From NCBI GenBank assembly GCA_002269645.1, contig NIVC01001674.1:62001-126000 (forward strand): a stretch of DNA of 64,000 nucleotides, given 5' to 3'. This DNA is from Macrostomum lignano. Its lineage: Eukaryota. This document shows positions 1 through 13,257 of the stretch, one piece after another. Every line of letters begins with the position of its first letter. Positions within the stretch are counted from its first letter, which is position 1. Made by a program: the position numbers and the translations under genes. Below the pieces are notes generated by a model. It did no database searches. It saw only the letters and a program-made list of their open reading frames with translations, and was not told the DNA's origin.

Positions 1-74
1 AGTGGGTGTGGCACGTTGCCGCGTGCCCTCGATGTGCAGCTCACTGTAAATGAAAGTGCAACTGCGAATCCGGG

Positions 75-1206
<1,132 letters not shown>

Positions 1207-1683
1207 CAGGGTTCAACCCCATAGGCTGATGTTTGAAGTACGAAGTCAGATTTGAGATGAGAGTGGCAGTTGAGAGTGAAGGTATAACCTGAATTCTAAA
1301 GGACTATTTTTCATGGATTTCCCATCCGGCTTCCGAAACTCCAGGACATTCATGATGCAGTTTGTTTTGTTACTCAGCCTCTCTCAGGCCCCATCTGTTG
1401 CAGTTGCAGTGGCCGGGGTCGCGCGGGATCGTATGAAATCGATCTCAAACAAACGAAAATATCTCTCTAGTTCGGAGGCTGCGAAGCTTCCCGCTGTGAG
1501 CATAAATTGCTGACCGCGCGAGCTGGCGGGCTATAAAGGCTAATTATGACTTTTATGCGCCCTATATTAGAGAGATTTAACACTATTATTAGGGCTGCAT
1601 CAAGCCGAACTTAAATTGGTAATAATAAAATACTGTGCTAGGAAAGTAGAGAGTCATAGACTGTGGGATGATATTACAGTAAT

Positions 1684-1785
1684 AGAGAGACAGAAGGGGA
1701 GGGAGAGGACGAATGACGGGAGAGGGGAGGAGATAGTGAGGGAGAGAGGGAGAGAGGGAGAGAGGGAGGGAGGGAGAGAGCGAGG

Positions 1786-1816
<31 letters not shown>

Positions 1817-2340
1817 GGAGAGAGGGAGAGGAGAGAGAGGGAGAGAGGGAGAGAGAGGGAGAGACGGAGGGAGAGAGGAAGGGAGGGAGGGAGGGAGAGA
1901 GAGAGGAGAGAGGAAGAGAAGGAGGGAGGGAGGGAGGGAAAGAGGGAGAGAGGAAGAGAAGGAGGGAGGGAGAGAGGGAGAGAGGGAGAGAGGAAGAGAA
2001 GGAGGGAGGGAGGGAGGGAGAGAGGGAGAGAGGGAGGGAGAGAGGGAGGGAGGGAGGAGAGAGGGAGGGAGGGAGGGAGGGAGGGAGAGAGGGAGAGAGA
2101 GGGAGAGGGGGAGAGAAGGAGAGAGAGAGGGAGAGGGGGAGAGAAGGAGAGAGAGAGGGAGAGAGGGAGAGAAGGAGAGAGAGAGGGAGAGAGGGAGAGG
2201 AGAGAGAAAGGTAGAGAGGGAGGGAGAGAGGGAGAGAGGGAAGAGGGATAAAGGAGGGAGGGAAGAGAGGGAGAGGACAGAGAGGAGAGGGACAAGAGAG
2301 GAGAGGGGGAGAGGAGAAAGGGAAAAAAGGAGAGGAGATG
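1684..2340. repeat. Purine-rich (GA/GGA) low-complexity tract
   Basis: Almost only G and A on the + strand; explains the E/R/G and S/L/P ORFs. Confidence 0.95.
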
Positions 2341-3237
2341 AGTGGACAGAGCATGAGGGCAGTAGCAGTTACCCATTCGCCCGTACGCGGAACGTCAGCC
2401 GGCCTTACAGAGAAGCAATTTACTAAGAGAAGTCGAAAAAAGTTGCCACAAAGCTCACAGCTACAAGCCTGAATTTCGAAAAGGTGTCAACAAAAAGTAC
2501 AACTGTGCACTTTTCTCTATATCCGTGCGCAGTGCTCGGGGAGGATTCGGAGAAGAAAGAATTCTATCCTGTTCCCTCAGCTAGAGATGTTGCACTGGAT
2601 GGCAATTTAAATGCAGATTGGGCTAGCAGCCGCACGCATCAGCTTATAACCCTGTCAATCTCGTTCTCCTCAGTGCCATCAGTCCATTCTGAGCACAAAG
2701 AACTCCCAACTGAAATTAGCACTACTGCAGCGGTTATGGCATCCCCCGCAAGTGTTAAACTATTGAATAAAGTTTTAAAATAATATTACTGTCCAACAAA
2801 TTTCGACGCTAATAAACGCTACTTGCCTACTTGCAGTAAAATAAAAAAACGCAATGTTAAAAATTATTCAAGTCATGTGTAATAAAAAGTATGGTAATAG
2901 CTAGGGTTAGTTTTGTTTAACTTTGGTAATCTAATGAGCGCTTTATACTGAAAGTTGATTGTATTATTATATTATTAATCTTAATAATATTTACTAAATT
3001 ATTAATAGAAGCAAAAGCTGCGCAGCTGGTAACGAGCGAAACAGTTGAAGACGGTTTAACGTGTGAATTTCCCACATCGAAATTTATATACTACGAATTT
3101 CTAATACGAAAGAATACTATTATAACAAAGAATATAGTATCAAACCGGTTTGTTTATAATGATCTAAGTCATAATATGACGTGGTATAAGTGTTGTCTTG
3201 TCTGACCAAGCAGCATATCGAGTGCCATATTATCAAA

Positions 3238-5643
3238 GGTCATGACTTCATCAGGGGAATCTCTAAATCTAGGGTCATGACCCTATTAGGAGAATCTCTA
3301 AATCTAGGGTCATGACCCCATTAGGGGAATCTCTAAATCTAGGGTCATGACCCCATTAGTAGGTGAATCTCTAAATCTAGGGTCATGACCCCATTAGTAG
3401 GTGAATCTCTAAATCTAGGGTCATGACCCCATTAGGGAATCTCTAAATCTAAGGTCATGACCCCATTAGTAGGTGAATCTCTAAATCTAGGGTCATGACC
3501 CTATTAGGAGAATCTCTAAATCTAGGGTCATGACCCCATTAGGGGAATCTCTAAATCTAGGGTCATGACCCCATTAGTAGGTGAATCTCTAAATCTAGGG
3601 TCATGACCCAATTAGTAGGTGAATCTCTAAATCTAGGGTCATGACCCCATTAGGGAATCTCTAAATCTAAGGTCATGACCCCATTAGTAGGTGAATCTCT
3701 AAATCTAGGGTCGTGACCCGATTAGGAGAATCTCTAAATCTAGGGTCATGACCCCATTAGGAGAATCTCTAAATCTAGGGTCATGACCCTATTAGGAGAA
3801 TCTCTAAATCTAGGGTCATGACCCCATTAGGGGAATCTCTAAATCTAGGGTCATGACCCCATTAGTAGGTGAATCTCTAAATCTAGGGTCATGACCCCAT
3901 TAGTAGGTGAATCTCTAAATCTAGGGTCATGACCCCATTAGGGAATCTCTAAATCTAAGGTCATGACCCCATTAGTAGGTGAATCTCTAAATCTAGGGTC
4001 ATGACCCTATTAGGAGAATCTCTAAATCTAGGGTCATGACCCCATTAGGGGAATCTCTAAATCTAGGGTCATGACCCCATTAGTAGGTGAATCTCTAAAT
4101 CTAGGGTCATGACCCCATTAGTAGGTGAATCTCTAAATCTAGGGTCATGACCCCATTAGGGAATCTCTAAATCTAAGGTCATGACCCCATTAGTAGGTGA
4201 ATCTCTAAATCTAGGGTCGTGACCCGATTAGGAGAATCTCTAAATCTAGGGTCATGACCCCATTAGGAGAATCTCTAAATCTAGGGTCATGACCCTATTA
4301 GGAGAATCTCTAAATCTAGGGTCATGACCCCATTAGGGGAATCTCTAAATCTAGGGTCATGACCCCATTAGTAGGTGAATCTCTAAATCTAGGGTCATGA
4401 CCCCATTAGTAGGTGAATCTCTAAATCTAGGGTCATGACCCCATTAGGGAATCTCTAAATCTAAGGTCATGAACCCATTAGTAGGTGAATCTCTAAATCT
4501 AGGGTCGTGACCCGATTAGGAGAATCTCTAAATCTAGGGTCATGACCCCATTAGGAGAATCTCTAAATCTAGGGTCATGACCCCATTAGGGAATCTCTAA
4601 ATCTAAGGTCATGACCCCATTAGGAGAATCTCTAAATCTAGGGTCATGACCCCATTAGGGAATCTCTAAATCTAAGGTCATGACCCCATTAGGAGAATCT
4701 CTAAATCTAAGGTCATGACCCCATTAGTAGGTGAATGTCTAAATCTAGGGTCGTGACCCGATTAGGAGAGTCTCTAAATCTAGGGTCATGACCCCATTAG
4801 GGGAATCTCTAAATCTAGTGTCATGACCCTATTAGGAGAATCTCTAAATCTAGGGTCATGACCCTATTAGGAGAATCTCTAAATCTAGGGTCATGACCCC
4901 ATTAGGGGAATCTCTAAATCTAGGGTCATGACCCTATTAGGAGAATCTCTAAATCTAGGGTCATGACCCTATTAGAAGAATCTCTAAATCTAGGGTCATG
5001 ACCCTATTAGAAGAATCTCTAAATCTAGGGTCATGACCCTATTAGGAGAATCTCTAAATCTAGGGTCATGACCCCATTAGGGGAATCTCTAAATCTAGGG
5101 TCATGACCCCATTAGTAGGTGAATCTCTAAATCTAGGGTCATGACCCCATTAGGAGAATCTCTAAATCTAGGGTCATGACCCCATTAGGGAATCTCTAAA
5201 TCTAAGGTCATGAACCCATTAGTAGGTGAATCTCTAAATCTAGGGTCGTGACCCGATTAGGAGAATCTCTAAATCTAGGGTCATGACCCTATTAGGAGAA
5301 TCTCTAAATCTAGGGTCATGACCCCATTAGGAGAATCTCTAAATCTAGGGTCATGACCCCATTAGGGGAATCTCTAAATCTAGGGTCATGACCCCATTAG
5401 GAGAATCTCTAAATCTAGGGTCATGACCCTATTAGGAGAATCTCTAAATCTAGGGTCATGACCCCATTAGGGGAATCTCTAAATCTAGGGTCATGACCCT
5501 ATTAGGAGAATCTCTAAATCTAGGGTCATGACCCTATTAGAAGAATCTCTAAATCTAGGGTCATGACCCTATTAGAAGAATCTCTAAATCTAGGGTCATG
5601 ACCCTATTAGGAGAATCTCTAAATCTAGGGTCATGACCCCATT
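3238..5643. repeat. Minisatellite of 34/35/38-bp units with palindromic core GGGTCATGACCC and higher-order periodicity
   Basis: Unit GAATCTCTAAATCTAGGGTCATGACCCCATTAGGG; GAATCTCT recurs at 3257, 3292, 3327, 3365; roughly 67 copies; no unique spacers. Confidence 0.97.
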
Positions 5644-5802
5644 ATGGAAATTGCTAAATCTGCAAGGTTTAGACAAGAAATTTCTCACAAACTTCTAATA
5701 AGGTTAGGCCAAGCTCTAAACGCTACGGTCTGTTGCCTAAAGCTACTGCGAGTAGTCATCAGTGAGTCAATATTTAGTTCCATAACAAACAAAGTGGGAG
5801 CT

Positions 5803-8800
5803 TCAAGTCGCATCAGACAGAGCCGTAACTCCAGGCATCGGCTTGCCTTCGAGCAGTTCAAGCGAGGCGCCGCCGCCGGTGCTGACGTGGCTGACCTTGT
5901 CCTCGGTGCCCCACAGGGCGGCGCAGGTGGCCGTGTCGCCGCCGCCAATGATGACGCAGGCGCCGGAGGCGGTGGCTTCAACGCAGGCGTCCATGGCCTG
6001 CTTGGTGCCAGTGGAGAAGCTGGCCCATTCGAACACGCCCATCGGCCCGTTCCACACGATGGTGCGGGCGCGTTTGATTGCGTCAACAAAGACTCGCATG
6101 GACTCGGGGCCGCAGTCCAGGCCCATGTGGCCGTCGGGCACGCCGCCAGAGGCCAGGCTGGCAGTGCCGACCGTGGCGTTCTCGGCGAACTTGTCCGCGG
6201 TGACAAAGTCTACGGGCAGGTGCACCTGGAGGGATCCGGGGGGGGGGCAGATTTGAAGGAGCGTTTTTTGAACGAGTGGTTCTTCAAGGAATGACTCCTC
6301 AGGGACTGACTCTTCAGGGATCTAGTGACTCCTCAGTCAGCGACTCCTCTGGGAGTGACTTCTAAAGGCACCGATGCTTCAGGGAGTTGAGGTGATGTTT
6401 CAGGGGAGATTATGCTACAGGCTAGAGTGATGCTTCAGGGGGAGTGATGCTTCAGGGAGGGGGGAGTGATGCTTCAGGGGGGAGTGATGCTTCAGGGGAG
6501 AGTGATGCTTCAGGGAGGAGTGATTCTTCAGGGAAGAGTGATGCTTCAGGGGGGAGTGATGCTTCAGGGGGGAGTGATTCTTCAGGGAAGAGTGATGCTT
6601 CAGGGGGGAGTGATTCTTCAGGGAAGAGTGATGCTTCAGGGAAGAGTGATGCTTCAGGGGGGAGTGATGCTTCAGGGAGAGTGATGCTTCAGGGGGGAGT
6701 GATGCTTCAGGGGGGAGTGATTCTTCAGGGAAGAGTGATGCTTCAGGGGGGAGTGATTCTTCAGGGAAGAGTGATGCTTCAGGGAAGAGTGATGCTTCAG
6801 GGGGGAGTGATGCTTCAGGGAGAGTGATGCTTCAGGGGAGAGTGATGCTTCAGGGGAGAGTGATGCTTCAGGGGAGAGTGATGCTTCAGGGAAGAGTGAT
6901 GCTTCAGGGGGTGATACTTCACGAGGAGTGATGCTTCAGGGTAATTCAGGTAATTGGAACACGATTTTTACCTGAACACCAAGCCGCTTGGCCTCCTCCA
7001 TGACGTCCTTGACAACCGAGGACCCAGCCTCATCGTAGAGTGAGCTGCCGATGGGCATGTTGTGCAGCACCTTCAGAAAGGTGAACGCCATGCCGCCAGT
7101 GATAATGAGCTCGTTCACCTTGCTGAGCAGGTTCTTGATTAGCAGGATCTTGTCGCTAACCTGGGGGTTGGGGACGGCCAAACATGTTATTAGCGGCATT
7201 AGCCTGCTTGAGCCAAGACTCCAGTTAGACTTGATTCAGAACGGCTAACTACGACTGGCTTGTGTGAGTAGCACCCTCAGCAAAACACTTGACCCCCCCT
7301 AACAAAACACTTGACCCCCCAACAAAACACTTGACCCCCCTAACAAAACACTTGACCCCATCCTACAGAACACTTGATACCCATCCTACAGAACACTTGA
7401 CCCCTCATTCTACAGAGCACTTGACCCCCCCATCCTACAGATCACTTGACCCCCCATTCTACAGATCACTTGACCCCCATTCTACAGAACACTTGACCCC
7501 CATCCTACAGAACACTTGACCCCCATCCTACAGAACACTTGACAGCACCTTGGCCCCGCCCAGAATGGCCAGAAACGGTCGCTCGGGATTCTCCAGCGCC
7601 TTGGCAAAATACTGCAGCTCTTTGCGCATCAGAAAGCCGGAGGCGCGCTGCTGCAGCTGCACCCCCACCATGCTGCTGTGGGCCCGATGGGCGGTGCCGA
7701 AGGCATCATTGATGTACACGTCGCCGAGGCGAGTGAGCGACTGCCTGAAAGCTTCAATGGCGGCCTTCTCCGGCTTGAACTTCTTGCCATCAGCGTCCAG
7801 GCCGCTGCCCTCCTCTTCGGGGTGGAAGCGCAGGTTCTCAAGCAGGATGACTGTGCCAGGCGCTGGGTTGGCGCAGGCGGCCTCTACCTCAGCGCCAACG
7901 CAGTCAGTCAGGAAAGTGACTGGCCGGCCCAGTTGGGCTTCAACTTCTTTAGCGATGGGGGCCAGAGAGTTCTTAGCCGATGGTTTGCCATCGGGCCTGC
8001 CAAGGTGGGACATCAGCACCACCGACTTGGCACCTTTCTCAAGGGCGTAGCGGACTGTCGGGAGAGCAGCCACGATTCTGCGGGATTGCAGAAGTGTTGG
8101 ATTTTTTATTACACATGCTAGGCATCATCTGATTCCTAAGTAAAAGGTACAGTATATGCCTTTGTCACGGTGAAATTTCAAATTTTACTCCAATATTCTA
8201 AAAAATTCACACTTCCAGATCATTAAACTCACACCCCCCATACCCAACCTCACATTTGTAGATCTTTAACCTGACACTCCCACATCCAACCTTAACCTCA
8301 CATTCCCATATCCTTAACCTCACAATCCTAGATCCTTAATCTTGCACTCCCATATCCTTAACCTCACATTCCTAGATTATTAACCTCACACTCCCAGATC
8401 ATTAACCTCACACTCCCACATATTTAACCTTATACTTCTAAATCCTTAACCTTATATTCCAGCTAGATCTTAAAATTGGTACTCCTTATATCCCTAATCT
8501 TATACTCTTAGATCTTTAACCTTACGATCCCAGATCCTTAACCTAGCACTTCTAGATCTTTAACCTTATACTCCCAATCCTAGATCCTTAAACTTATATC
8601 CCTTCTATAGATCCTTTAAAATTATACTCCTTTAGCATTGAAAACTTTAAACTATATAGTTTAAACATTTAAATTTTACTATTATTTTAATAGTATTATT
8701 TTATGAGCTCTTAACTAAAGAACCATTGAATAAACATTTGAAAATAGAAATTTAGATTACTAAATATATACTTTGACAAATAAAATATAATATAATATAA

Positions 8801-9164
8801 TATTGACTTACCTTTGGTTGTTTGTGATCTTTCCATCTTTCATTGGAACATTGAAGTCCACTCTAAAATAAAAAAGAAGGAATATAAATATTTTGTTTAG
8901 TTTTACAAATAAATCGCTCAACTCTTAGTCTTACAGAATACAGAATCTAAAACACCAACTGTAGTACAGTGTATCTAACAATGATATTAACATACTGAAA
9001 ACAATCATAATAGCAGTACTCATTGCACGAATTTGAGTTTATATTTACCGACTATTATATCAAATTATTGTTCAGAATGTAAATTAGAATTGCCAAACTT
9101 ACCGAATTAGCACTCTCTTGCCATTCAGTTCAACATTATCAATGCTCAGCTTCTTTAGGGACAT
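5803..9164 (-). CDS. PGK: Phosphoglycerate kinase, 5 exons, 417 aa
   Basis: Exons 9164-9103 ([21 protein letters not shown]), 8862-8812 ([12 protein letters not shown]), 8077-7549 ([35 protein letters not shown]), 7160-6972 (GGGMAFTF), 6225-5803 ([29 protein letters not shown]). All introns GT-AG with matching phases; 1254 nt in total. Confidence 0.98.
6376..6940. repeat. 18-bp minisatellite (GAGTGATGCTTCAGGGGG) in PGK intron 4
   Basis: GAGTGAT recurs at 6482, 6500, 6518. Confidence 0.95.
7278..7545. repeat. 23-24-bp minisatellite (ACACTTGACCCCCATCCTACAGA) in PGK intron 3
   Basis: Direct reading; the array runs up to the splice donor at 7548. Confidence 0.9.
8215..8640. repeat. Degenerate ~22-bp minisatellite (TAACCTCACACTCCCAGATCCT) in PGK intron 2
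   Basis: Direct reading; units diverge across the array. Confidence 0.8.
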
Positions 9165-10216
9165 AGTTAATTTACCAGAAGTTAACTTTAAAAGACCAAA
9201 AATATAAAAACGCAAGTAACTGCAAATCAGAAAAGCTTCGTAGAGATCAGAGCTAGATGAATCAGCGCGCAGCACAACACAGCACTCTAAAAAATGGAAA
9301 TATATTTACCATGTTAAAATTTGGCAAATGCTATAGTAGCTTTAACAAATGTTAAAGCTTATTTTTTTGAAAAAGTACAAAGTATTTCAATAACAATAAA
9401 TTTTAAATTTTAATTTATAATGATTAAAATAATAGTTTCTTTCCCAATTTATTATACTTCAACCTGTTTTGAGAAGCCATTAATGTCCATATCAAAAGCA
9501 ATGGCGAAAGAATGTCCAATGAAATAATTGAAGCCATACAACTGAATTCATTTAACTGTACAGCGAAGAGAATTAGAATCAGAAAATCTTTTCATCGATT
9601 TGATTTAGATCCACTCCCTCTCACTTTATTTTAAAAACTTTATAAAACGGCCCTATTAAGGGCTCTAAAAATCACCAAGAGGAAATATCCTGTCTGAAAC
9701 ACCAAAGTGGTCGCGTCGAACAAAGCTAGTAAAAATGGTAAATAAATAATATATTTAGCATTAGAATTAGTAGTATTGTGAACATTTGTGAAGTAAGCTG
9801 AATTGAAAAATGCAACATATAACTTCCTCATCCGCACATGCAAATTAAATTAAGCATGCTAAAATTTGTTTGATAAAAAAAAACTATAAAGCCATGTCAT
9901 ATTTACACTGTATAAGACGAAAAATATAAAATCAGAAAACTTTTCCTGGTGCTTTTTAAGCTGTATTTCAGCTAGCTTGTTGCCCGGTTGGTCTTTTTTT
10001 AAGTTTTAAAACGGCCCTTTTAAGGGTTGCGATTAATGCCTTAAATTAGCAACCGGGCTTTTGTTAGCAGTACAATTTTGATAAACGCGTCTCTCGTCCG
10101 CTTATAAGGGAGAATTTCCGGGCTTGTTTCATTGTCCCGCTGAGATCTCTACTACACCATCAAATAGCCGTCATAGAGCTAAATTTACTGTCAAGAATAT
10201 CAGACCAAGGACCAAC

Positions 10217-11032
10217 TAGGGATTGCAAAATCCCGTTCTTCTGTCAATTCCGGCCATGGAACATGGACAATCCCGGGATTATCAATCCCGATAAATCCCG
10301 AGTATTTGTAATCCCGGGATCATCCCGGGATTTAATCCCAGAATTTGGCCAATCCCCGGGATCAGAAAAATACATATTTTTAAGCTTCTGGGTTGAAATT
10401 TTAAGACAAAATATGCGCTAAGCGTTTTTTGCTTCCATTTTTGACTGTTATAGAGTTAATGATCTGTTTGTAGATGAAAAACAGCATTACGACGTATCTT
10501 GTGACGTATTTGAGTAAGTAGTATAAAAGTACTAATTAGTAGTAAAGAAGCAAATAAAATATCAAAATTTAAATTGGAATAACTTTCACGGTCATATGAC
10601 CGGTTTTTTGGCCCTACTAACCCAGGAGAAGGCACGGGCTTCCCTGATTGGTCCACTCAACCCCCTCTAGCCCCGGGGAGGTTTAGTTTTGTGCTTGGAG
10701 TAGGTGCGACGCCCCGACGGTAGTAAGTAGGGCCCGCCCTCAGCCCGACTGGTGTCGCCTGCTCGGCTTGATGGTCACAGTTCTTTTAGCCTACAATGCA
10801 ATTTTTAGAGTATCGTTTATTCATCCGAATAATGAAATATGCGAATCGTAAAATTGTTTTCTAGGAATGATCGCGAATTCAAAACTGTTTTTTATGAAAT
10901 TTGAGGTCCCGAATCCCGGCCATGGATAATCCCGGGATTATCAATCCCGGTAAATCCCGACAAATTTTAATCACGGGATTCAAATCCGGGAATTTGGCCC
11001 CTAATCCCGGGATCCCGGGATTACAAACCCTA
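10217..11032. mobile_element. Non-autonomous DNA transposon (MITE-like, hAT-type TAGGG termini)
   Basis: Left end TAGGGATTGCAAAATCCCG; right end CGGGATTACAAACCCTA (revcomp TAGGGTTTGTAATCCCG). Many subterminal ATCCCGGGAT motifs, duplicated ~110-bp blocks at about 10250-10360 and 10915-11020, degenerate GGACCA(A)C flanks. Confidence 0.65.
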
Positions 11033-11400
11033 CGGACCACACAGTGGCTATATACAGTGGTCCTTGTACCAGACTATCTACGTTTAACTTCTCGTGCATT
11101 TTTTTAGTTACCGACTGTGATTTTTTAACGTTTCCAATGACCTAAGAGAGATGTATAGTCATGTACTTATCTGCTACATTTTGCATGATCACCGGGAGTA
11201 AGTTTACAGTTGAAAGAATTAAGATTCGATTTTTTTTCGAAACAGTGCACTGAAAAGCTTTTGGAAAGTTTTATATTTGTTTAAAATAATTGTACGAGTG
11301 TACAATTAAATTAGTCAAAGCGGAAGGTTCATGCACACACAAGCCGCCAAGCTTCAAGATTTAAACAAAGCATACATTTACATGATAATCTTGTTTTAAC

Positions 11401-11862
11401 TCACGCCCTCAGAGCTTCGTACATCTCGGTGAGGCTCAACTCCTGCCGCTGCTGGGGCGATCCGGCTGTGGCCGAGCCCCTCTTCTTGGATGAAGCCAAA
11501 TTGACGGGGCGATTCTGCGACTCCAGCAGCTGCGGCGACTCCCCTTGAGCGTCGGCGTTGTCCCCGATGTCGTCGGCTGGTTCGCGATATTGTCCGGCCA
11601 CCATGGCCTCCTGCTGCACCAGCTCCTCCGTGAACCGCTCGAACCTGGCCGCCGGGTCGCCCAGGCGCAGCTGGATCAGACCCAGGCGCTCCTGGTTGAG
11701 CTTCCAGTCCAGGTAGATGGCCATCTTCTCGCGAAGGATTTCGTTGCGACGTAGAAACTTTGCGGCAGCGATTCGACGCAGCTCCTTCTCTGTGCGCCGT
11801 TTCTTACGACCGCCGCCGCTGCGTTCGGTCGTCGGCCGGGTTGCGGTGACCGAAGGTGCCAC
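11401..11862 (-). CDS. Hypothetical protein or terminal exon (basic, helical), function unknown
   Basis: 153-aa ORF, GC-rich against AT-rich flanks; frame open upstream to about 11949; no ATG start and no recognisable domain. Confidence 0.4.
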   Translation of the reverse strand: MAPSVTATRPTTERSGGGRKKRRTEKELRRIAAAKFLRRNEILREKMAIYLDWKLNQERLGLIQLRLGDPAARFERFTEELVQQEAMVAGQYREPADDIGDNADAQGESPQLLESQNRPVNLASSKKRGSATAGSPQQRQELSLTEMYEALRA

Positions 11863-12225
11863 AGTCGGCTCTACTGTTGCTACCGCTGTTGCTGAAGCAG
11901 ACTCGGGTGCCCGCTGCTCATGCGGCTCGACCGATTCTGTGGAGGACCATCATTGTAAACACTTCCGAGACATCGTCCCACAACCCCAGCGCGGACGGCA
12001 ATTCTGCCCATTCCGCTGACCCCTGAGCGCATACATGTACATGTACGCAGGCACGCACTCATCCACGCGCCCACACAGTGCACAGTGGCCCTAAATTTTA
12101 ATATCGTTAGGCATTGTGTACATGTACAAATTCTTATGGGGGTCGACCGTCATGGTTAGGAATTTAACAGTGCTTAAGTTTACAGCTCCTTTCTACGTCA
12201 TCAACTTTTCTACCGCTTTTAGAAT

Positions 12226-13257
12226 TCACTCACCCTGCCTCAACTCCTGCCTAAACTCTGTCGCGTCTGGTGCGGCGTCTCCTGTAGCTGGTTTGTCTCC
12301 CGCATCGACTGCTTCAACGGTGGCCTCCCATTCCGCTCCATCTTCCTCTTCGTCCTCGTCGTACTCCTCTTCGTCGTAACCTTCTTCTGGTGCCTTATTT
12401 TCCCAAGCCTCTCCGTCGGCTTCAGTAGCCTCGCGGCTCGGGTGCACCCGACGCAGCCTCCGACGACGCCGTCGATGCCTCATGTGGCACTCGTCTACTG
12501 ACACGACGTTCAACAGCCGGTTGGAGTCTGACTTGCTCACCAAGTCCATCGGCTCAGTGGGGTAGTCGCTCAGCGCGCTGTCAATAAACGGCGTGCCTCC
12601 GCGCGACACCTGCGTGGTCTTTTCGGCCACGTCGGTTGCGTGTCGTTGACTCGTCTGCAGCTCCTGCTGCGTGGCCGACGGTGCGCTAGCCGGAACTGCC
12701 CGACTGCTGTGCAGCTGGAAGAACAGCGGGCGACGAGGCGCCGCCGTCAGCGCTGCTTGACGCTGCTGCTGCTGGGGAAGCCTCGGTGACGCACTTGGCG
12801 TGGCAAGCTCCCGCCGGGGAAGTTCGAGCAGCGAGGGCGGACTGCGGTAGGTCATGGACAACTCGGCCAGATGATAGTCGTACACCTTCAAAGACTTACT
12901 TGGACTGGCCGATGACCAGTAGGAGGCTTCTGTAGCTTTGTCGGCGACTGGCTGCGTTGGCGGGGCCGTGCGACTCGAAGTGAGCCGGGCCGGGCCCAGG
13001 CTGAGGTAGCGCTGCTTCTCTGGCTCGCTCATGCCGGTGAAAGGCACGTACTTGAAGTAGCGAATCTGCGTCAGCTCCGTCTGCCGCCGCTGCTGCCGCG
13101 GATCCGGGGCTGACTTCGAACCGAACGCAGCTCGAGGACGCTGACGAACTCGATTGAGACCGAGCTGCCGGTTGAGGTCGTCTTGCAGCTTCGGCTCCAC
13201 CAGGTTCGGGTCCATCCACCCGTCGTCGTCATCCGCGTAGCGCGGATGGTTTGCCAT
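12226..13257 (-). CDS. Hypothetical 343-aa protein/exon with Arg run and acidic tail
   Basis: ATG in CCATGG context at 13257; good donor CAG G|GTGAGT at 12233 just before the stop suggests splicing to a downstream exon; no known domain recognised. Confidence 0.5.
   Translation of the reverse strand: MANHPRYADDDDGWMDPNLVEPKLQDDLNRQLGLNRVRQRPRAAFGSKSAPDPRQQRRQTELTQIRYFKYVPFTGMSEPEKQRYLSLGPARLTSSRTAPPTQPVADKATEASYWSSASPSKSLKVYDYHLAELSMTYRSPPSLLELPRRELATPSASPRLPQQQQRQAALTAAPRRPLFFQLHSSRAVPASAPSATQQELQTSQRHATDVAEKTTQVSRGGTPFIDSALSDYPTEPMDLVSKSDSNRLLNVVSVDECHMRHRRRRRRLRRVHPSREATEADGEAWENKAPEEGYDEEEYDEDEEEDGAEWEATVEAVDAGDKPATGDAAPDATEFRQELRQGE

Noticed and set aside
1313-2783. Short ORFs at 1313-1513 and 2484-2783 as exons of a gene
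   Set aside because: No recognisable motifs or consistent splice signals; cannot be supported without transcript data.
3238-5643. CRISPR array (palindromic ~35-bp repeats)
   Set aside because: Units are contiguous with no unique spacers, there are no cas genes, and the context is eukaryotic.
6444-6827. MLQGGV and SDASGG repeat proteins
   Set aside because: An 18-bp repeat inside PGK intron 4 that is open only because it lacks stops.
5644-8121. Plus-strand ORFs of 137-216 aa
   Set aside because: Antisense shadows of GC-rich PGK exons.
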